A stretch of 47,990 nucleotides of DNA from the NCBI GenBank assembly GCA_039180225.1, contig JBCDDQ010000002.1, forward strand, positions 1 to 47,990, read 5' to 3'. The notes under the pieces were generated by a model. The model was given only the letters and a program-made list of their open reading frames with translations. It did not search any database and was not told the origin of the DNA. This DNA is from Pseudomonadota bacterium (lineage in GTDB: Bacteria > Pseudomonadota > Alphaproteobacteria > Rhizobiales > CAJQND01). Shown here one piece after another: positions 43,554-47,990 of the stretch; position 1 is the first letter of the stretch; each line of letters opens with the position of its first letter. The position numbers and the translations under genes were made by a program.

Positions 43554-43982
43554 ATGAAGCTTCACGTTTCCATGCGGGTAGAAGACCTCGACAAAGCCAT
43601 CGGATTTTACAGCGCCCTGTTTGGCCAGGAGCCCACCATCCAGAAAGACAACTATGTGAAATGGGACGTGGCAGATCCGGCGGTGAACTTCGTCATTGAA
43701 TCTGGCAAAGGCGAGAGTGGACTGGACCACCTGGGCATCCAGGTGGAAACGTCGGATCAGTTGGAAAGCATGGCGGAACGCATTCGCGGAATGGACCGGC
43801 CCTTCCTGGACGTTGAGAAAACGACGTGCTGTTACGCAAAGATGGAGAAGGCCTGGGTAAAGGGCGAAGCGGAGGACAAGTGGGAAGCCTTTCTCACCCA
43901 TAGCCACAACGAAGGCGAATATGGCGAGGATCGCGAAACGCAGCTGGACGACATGTACGGCGCCGCTGAACGCGTCAGCTAA
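43554..43982 (+). CDS. ArsI/CadI-family VOC (glyoxalase-fold) metalloenzyme
   Basis: MKLHVSMRVEDLDKAIGFYSALFG VOC N-terminus, DHLGIQVE, and the vicinal cysteine pair TTCCYA characteristic of ArsI/CadI. AGGAG lies 10 nt upstream. Confidence 0.75.
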   Translation: MKLHVSMRVEDLDKAIGFYSALFGQEPTIQKDNYVKWDVADPAVNFVIESGKGESGLDHLGIQVETSDQLESMAERIRGMDRPFLDVEKTTCCYAKMEKAWVKGEAEDKWEAFLTHSHNEGEYGEDRETQLDDMYGAAERVS

Positions 43983-44662
43983 AAGAGATCCAGCTGATCG
44001 CTTTGAGGTTTGGGCTCTAACGGCTTCGGCGCCACAGGCTTGCGCTTCATCTCGGTTGTCACCGGCGCAAAGAAGCCTTCCGGCACCGGCCTGAGCAAGT
44101 CATCGGGTCGGTCTTCGTTCCCCAGCCAGCGCGCAAAATCTCCCTGCGCGATCACCACGGGCATCCGATGGTGAATGGCTGCGAGCTGGGCGTTGGCCGC
44201 GGTGGTGAGAATGGCAACGCTTTCCAACTCAGAACCGTCCGGCCCCATCCAGTGCTCCCAAATGCCGCCAAAAGCGAGCGGTTTTCCGTCAGCGCGCGGC
44301 ACATAGAAGGGCACCTTACGGCCGGGGACATCGCCTTGCCACTCGTAAAAGCCCGACGCCGGCACAAGACAACGGCGGCGCCGATAAGCGTTGCGGAAGG
44401 ATGGTTTTTCAGCCACCGTCTCCGCCCGGGCATTGATCAACGGTTTGCCGTCTTTCACCTCTTTGGCCCAGGACGGCACAAAACCCCACCGCACCAGAGC
44501 AAACCGGCGGGCACCGCTGCGGTCATTTTCGTTGTGGCGCACAATGGCCACCGGTCCGCCTGGCGCCACATAGTCGCGCGGAGGAAATTCAACCGTATCG
44601 CCATAGTCGAAATAGGCTGCAACTTCGTCTGAGCTATGCGAGAGATTGTAAAGACCGCACAT
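43979..44662 (-). CDS. SOS response-associated peptidase (SRAP/YedK family, abasic-site processing)
   Basis: True start taken at the ATG at 44662..44660, giving MCGLYNL (the obligatory N-terminal Met-Cys), then [14 protein letters not shown]...[10 protein letters not shown]...[14 protein letters not shown]. The ORF track's 426-aa form adds an antisense-derived extension. Confidence 0.85.
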   Translation of the reverse strand: MCGLYNLSHSSDEVAAYFDYGDTVEFPPRDYVAPGGPVAIVRHNENDRSGARRFALVRWGFVPSWAKEVKDGKPLINARAETVAEKPSFRNAYRRRRCLVPASGFYEWQGDVPGRKVPFYVPRADGKPLAFGGIWEHWMGPDGSELESVAILTTAANAQLAAIHHRMPVVIAQGDFARWLGNEDRPDDLLRPVPEGFFAPVTTEMKRKPVAPKPLEPKPQSDQLDLF

Positions 44663-44686
44663 GAACATCACTGTAAGCACGAACAG

Positions 44687-45115
44687 ATGAGCACTCAAAC
44701 GCCAATGCCCACTTCTCCCAAGCTGGGTGTCAGCGTTGCCTGCTGGCGAGGCGAAGAGGTGCTGCTGGCCCAGCGCGGCAAGGCGCCCAGTAAGGGCCTT
44801 TGGTCTTTGCCGGGCGGGCATGTGGAGTTGGGCGAGCGTCTGGCCGAGGCCGCGCTGCGAGAGCTTCATGAGGAGACCTCTGTCACCGCCGAACTGGAGG
44901 GCTTGGTCACCACGCTGGACATTATCCGCCGGGATGATCAGGGGCACGTCACCACCCACTATGTAATCGCGGTGTTCAAGGCCCGGTGGATATCGGGGGA
45001 GGCCGTGGCCGGCGATGATGCGGCCGCGGTACAATGGCGGCGGGCGGAGGATGTGGACGACCTTGCCATGACACCCAGCACGCCCGATTTGTTGCGCGCG
45101 ATGACGCAGGGTTGA
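44687..45115 (+). CDS. NUDIX hydrolase (MutT-like)
   Basis: Nudix box [24 protein letters not shown]. The start is uncertain (ATGs at 44636, 44687, 44705). 44687 avoids overlap with the divergent SRAP start. Confidence 0.8.
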   Translation: MSTQTPMPTSPKLGVSVACWRGEEVLLAQRGKAPSKGLWSLPGGHVELGERLAEAALRELHEETSVTAELEGLVTTLDIIRRDDQGHVTTHYVIAVFKARWISGEAVAGDDAAAVQWRRAEDVDDLAMTPSTPDLLRAMTQG

Positions 45116-45155
45116 TTGGAAACCGCCCCGAAAGCACGGCACTCTTGCCTGCATT

Positions 45156-46142
45156 ATGAGACACCTGCACTCTTTGCTGATTGCTTGCAGCCTTTTGGTC
45201 TTCACAGCAGTCCAAGCCACAGCCAATCCCGATCGCTGGAAGCGCGAGGGATGGACCACCGACTTTGATCAGACATCCATCAAGCTGACCGAGATCCTTT
45301 CGGGCGGGATTGGGCGCGACGTGATCCCGCCAATCGATAAGCCGGCGTTCAAACCGGTGTCCGAGATCACCAAGCTTGCTGATACCGAACCGGTGATCGG
45401 GCTGGAGATCAATGGCGAGGCCCGGGCCTATCCCCTCCAGATCATGACCTGGCATGAAATTGTGAACGATCAGTTTGGTGATATGCCCGTTGCGGTCACC
45501 TATTGCCCCTTGTGCAACTCGGCCATTGTGTTTGAGCGTACCGTGGACGGCAAGGTTCTGGACTTCGGCACCACGGGTAAGCTGCGCAACTCCGACCTGG
45601 TGATGTATGACCGCCAGACCCAGAGCTGGTGGCAGCAGTTCATGGGCGAGGCCATTGTGGGCGAGATGACGGGCATGCGTCTTAAGTCGGTGCCGGCACG
45701 CTTGGAATCCTTTGCCAATTTCAAGGGCCGGTTTCCAGACGGGAAAGTTCTGGTGCCCAACAATGCGGGCCTGCGCGCTTATGGGCGCAACCCTTATGCC
45801 GGGTACGACCGGTCCAAGTCCCCGTTCCTGTACCGCGGCGACATGCCGGAGGGCATCGAGCCTATGGCACGCGTGGTGGCGTATCGGGTGGATGGCAAAC
45901 TTCAGGCCTTGGCGCTATCGCTTTTGTCCCAGCGGGAGCGCATGGAAATTGGCGATGTGGTCTTCACCTGGACGAAAGGCCAGAACTCCGCCCTGGACAC
46001 CCGCGCCATCAGCGAGGGACGCGATGTGGGCAATATCGTGGTTCAGGAAAAGACCAGCGATGGTCTGAAGGACAAGGTTTACGACGTGACCTTCGCCTTT
46101 GTGGTGAATGCCTTTTCCCCTGGCATCGAGATCAAAAAGTAG
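45156..46142 (+). CDS. DUF3179-family secreted protein
   Basis: Signal peptide MRHLHSLLIACSLLVFTAVQATA. Conserved block VTYCPLCNSAIVFERTVDGKVLDFGTTGKLRNSDLVMYDRQTQSWWQQ, which I recognise as DUF3179. Confidence 0.65.
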   Translation: MRHLHSLLIACSLLVFTAVQATANPDRWKREGWTTDFDQTSIKLTEILSGGIGRDVIPPIDKPAFKPVSEITKLADTEPVIGLEINGEARAYPLQIMTWHEIVNDQFGDMPVAVTYCPLCNSAIVFERTVDGKVLDFGTTGKLRNSDLVMYDRQTQSWWQQFMGEAIVGEMTGMRLKSVPARLESFANFKGRFPDGKVLVPNNAGLRAYGRNPYAGYDRSKSPFLYRGDMPEGIEPMARVVAYRVDGKLQALALSLLSQRERMEIGDVVFTWTKGQNSALDTRAISEGRDVGNIVVQEKTSDGLKDKVYDVTFAFVVNAFSPGIEIKK

Positions 46143-46268
46143 CTGTTCGCGCTTGCGTTAACCTTTAATTGAGCGAGCAGGTGCGCTCATCGTCTTGCGT
46201 GGTAAAACAATCCTTACAGGACAGCGGGTTGAGATGCGGTAGGGATCAGCACAGCCCGAAAAGACGGG

Positions 46269-46538
46269 ATGAATTTCATGCATGGGTCGCCCCTTTTCCG
46301 CGACAATGAAGCGCCGAGTGCCGATGAGCGCCAAGCCGCTCTGCGTTATCTCTTAGATGCGTGGGAAGAAGCCGTTTTTGACGGGGTCGATCCAGATAAC
46401 CTCGCCACAGCCGCTATTTTCGCGGCGCTCTCCGACATGGTGGACACCTATGGCGAGGAGCCGGTCGCCAAGATGACCGAGGGTCTGCCGGACCGGATCC
46501 GTCTGGGTGAATTCACGGTGAACCGGACCACGCAGTAG
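46269..46538 (+). CDS. Small acidic hypothetical protein (89 aa)
   Basis: ORF with GC3-biased codons in an otherwise empty 450-nt gap. No recognisable motif. An alternative ATG lies at 46278. Confidence 0.45.
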   Translation: MNFMHGSPLFRDNEAPSADERQAALRYLLDAWEEAVFDGVDPDNLATAAIFAALSDMVDTYGEEPVAKMTEGLPDRIRLGEFTVNRTTQ

Positions 46539-46592
46539 CCGCCCCGCGCGCTCATGCATCATCCCCGCAAAAGAGGGGGTCCTTAGCGCAAA

Positions 46593-47927
46593 TCACGCCG
46601 GTATCGTCTCGCTGAACTCAACCGCCTCGCCGCCAGCGGGCGTGACGATCTGATCTTCCCACATCACCCGCCGTCCGCGGATGATCGTGCCCTTGGGCCA
46701 ACCGGTGACCCTGCGCCCGTCGAACGGTGTCCAACCGGCGAGGCTCTCCATCATGGCGTTTTCGATGGTGCGCTTTGCCTTCATATCCACAATCGTGAAG
46801 TCGGCATCATAACCCGTGGCAATCCGCCCTTTGCGCGCAATCTGGAAGATGCGCTGGGGTCCGTGGCTGGAAAGATCCACAAAGCGCTCCAGGCTGAGGC
46901 GCCCGGCGTTCACATGGTCCAGCATGATGGGAACCAGAGTCTGCACCCCCGGCATGCCCGACGGTGATGCCGGATAGCTGGCGGCCTTCTCCTCAAGGGT
47001 GTGCGGGGCATGATCTGAGCCCAGCACGTCCACGACACCGGACGTTAGGCCCCACCAGATCCCGTCTGTATGAGACTTATCGCGCAAAGGTGGGTTCATC
47101 TGCGCCAGGTTGCCCAGCCGCTCATAGGCTTCCGGCGCCGATAGAGTGAGATGCTGGGGCGTTGCCTCCACTGTGGCAATGTCCTTGTTCGCCGCCAGAA
47201 GCGGCATTTCTTCAGCGGTGGAGATGTGGAGCACGTGTATGCGCGCCTCGGTTTCCCGGGCAATGCGCAGCAAACGCTCCGTGCACTGGATGGCGGCGCG
47301 CGCATCGCGCCACACGGGGTGAGAGGAAGGATCGCCCTCAACCCGAAGCCCCTTGCGCTCGTTCAGCCGGAACTCGTCTTCTGAATGAAAGGCCGCCCGC
47401 CGGGAGGTGTTGGAGAGCACCAGTGCCACGCCTTCATCATCCTCCACCAAGAGATCACCGGTGGACGAGCCCATAAACACCTTCACGCCCGAACAGCCAG
47501 GCAGACGCTCCAGCTCGGGCAGATCCTTGGCATTGTCCCTGGTGCCGCCAATGAAGAAGGCGAAATCGCAGGCCATGCGGTGGTGGGCCCGGGCCACTTT
47601 ATCGGCATGGGTCTCAGCCGTGACGGTGAGCGGGTTGGTGTTGGGCATCTCAAACACCGCCGTTACCCCGCCCATGACGGCTGCACGGCTGCCCGCCTCC
47701 AGGTTCTCTTTGTGCTCCAGACCGGGCTCGCGGAAGTGCACCTGGCTGTCAATCACGCCGGGCAGCACATGCAGGCCGGTGCAATCGATGGTTTCGCCTG
47801 CCTGATCAGCAGAAAAGCTGCCAATATCAACAATCCGCCCATCGCGCACGCCCACATCGCGCAGGCCTTCACCATCCTGATTGACCACGGTTCCGTTTTT
47901 TATGATGAGATCGAATGTGGGTTTCAC
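46593..47927 (-). CDS. pyrC: Dihydroorotase (class I, amidohydrolase superfamily; allantoinase/DHOase type)
   Basis: VLPGVIDSQVHFREPG (HxH-type metal site context), MPNTNP, GSDHAPH. I prefer the GTG at 47927, preceded by AAGGAGA with 5-nt spacing. The ORF track extends to 47981. Confidence 0.8.
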   Translation of the reverse strand: MKPTFDLIIKNGTVVNQDGEGLRDVGVRDGRIVDIGSFSADQAGETIDCTGLHVLPGVIDSQVHFREPGLEHKENLEAGSRAAVMGGVTAVFEMPNTNPLTVTAETHADKVARAHHRMACDFAFFIGGTRDNAKDLPELERLPGCSGVKVFMGSSTGDLLVEDDEGVALVLSNTSRRAAFHSEDEFRLNERKGLRVEGDPSSHPVWRDARAAIQCTERLLRIARETEARIHVLHISTAEEMPLLAANKDIATVEATPQHLTLSAPEAYERLGNLAQMNPPLRDKSHTDGIWWGLTSGVVDVLGSDHAPHTLEEKAASYPASPSGMPGVQTLVPIMLDHVNAGRLSLERFVDLSSHGPQRIFQIARKGRIATGYDADFTIVDMKAKRTIENAMMESLAGWTPFDGRRVTGWPKGTIIRGRRVMWEDQIVTPAGGEAVEFSETIPA

Positions 47928-47990
47928 AGGCTTCTCCTTGAAGATCCCCTCCGGCTTACGTAAGTCTAGACCACGTTGCAAGCTGACCTG

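Noticed and set aside
44663-45259. N-terminal 199-aa extension of the SRAP ORF (track ORF 43979-45259).
   Set aside because: SRAP enzymes need Cys at position 2, and the internal ATG at 44662 gives MCGLYNL. The extension is antisense to a NUDIX gene with a perfect Nudix box.
1-47990. Scan for tRNA, rRNA and other structured RNA genes, CRISPR arrays and IS elements.
   Set aside because: No T-arm/GTTCGAATC-like motifs, periodic direct repeats, or terminal inverted repeats bracketing a transposase-like ORF were seen. All intergenic gaps are shorter than 210 nt.

Overview
This is a visibly GC-rich chromosomal segment with strong GC3 codon bias (not computed). Its gene content looks alphaproteobacterial (Rhizobiales/Rhodobacterales-like), which is an inference. 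I support 44 protein-coding genes. I found no rRNA or tRNA genes, CRISPR arrays, transposases or integrases. All family calls come from motif recognition in the supplied translations and from hand translation; no database search was run.

Layout:
- 1-3724 (minus): polar-amino-acid/opine-type ABC uptake operon followed by an FAD oxidoreductase.
- 3933-19198: sugar-nucleotide and glycosyltransferase genes interleaved with cyclic-nucleotide signalling genes. These are a GT4 plus a NodB-like deacetylase, an MBL-fold hydrolase plus a membrane class III cyclase, a ugd plus UDP-glucuronate epimerase pair, and a six-gene minus-strand array.
- 19334-25322 (minus): Yej/Dpp-type peptide ABC importer.
- 25515-28333: L,D-transpeptidase, DegT-type aminotransferase and an FAH-family hydrolase.
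- 28355-32678 (minus): GntR regulator with lutABC and an unknown gene.
- 32795-39623: cytochrome c, glcDEF and malate synthase G.
- 39666-47981: small housekeeping and stress genes (tandem SnoaL, GFA, RidA, CFA synthase, ArsI/CadI-like, SRAP, NUDIX, DUF3179, dihydroorotase).

The most interesting signal is the six-gene array at 10500-19198: MurG-like GT, GT4, MurG-like GT, a 912-aa ABC-exporter-like protein, a stand-alone cNMP-binding protein, and a membrane/2Fe-2S class III cyclase. In the ABC-like protein every ATPase catalytic motif is substituted and the helical subdomain is triplicated. I read this array as a candidate cyclic-nucleotide-gated glycoconjugate assembly/export system. I do not recognise it as described.
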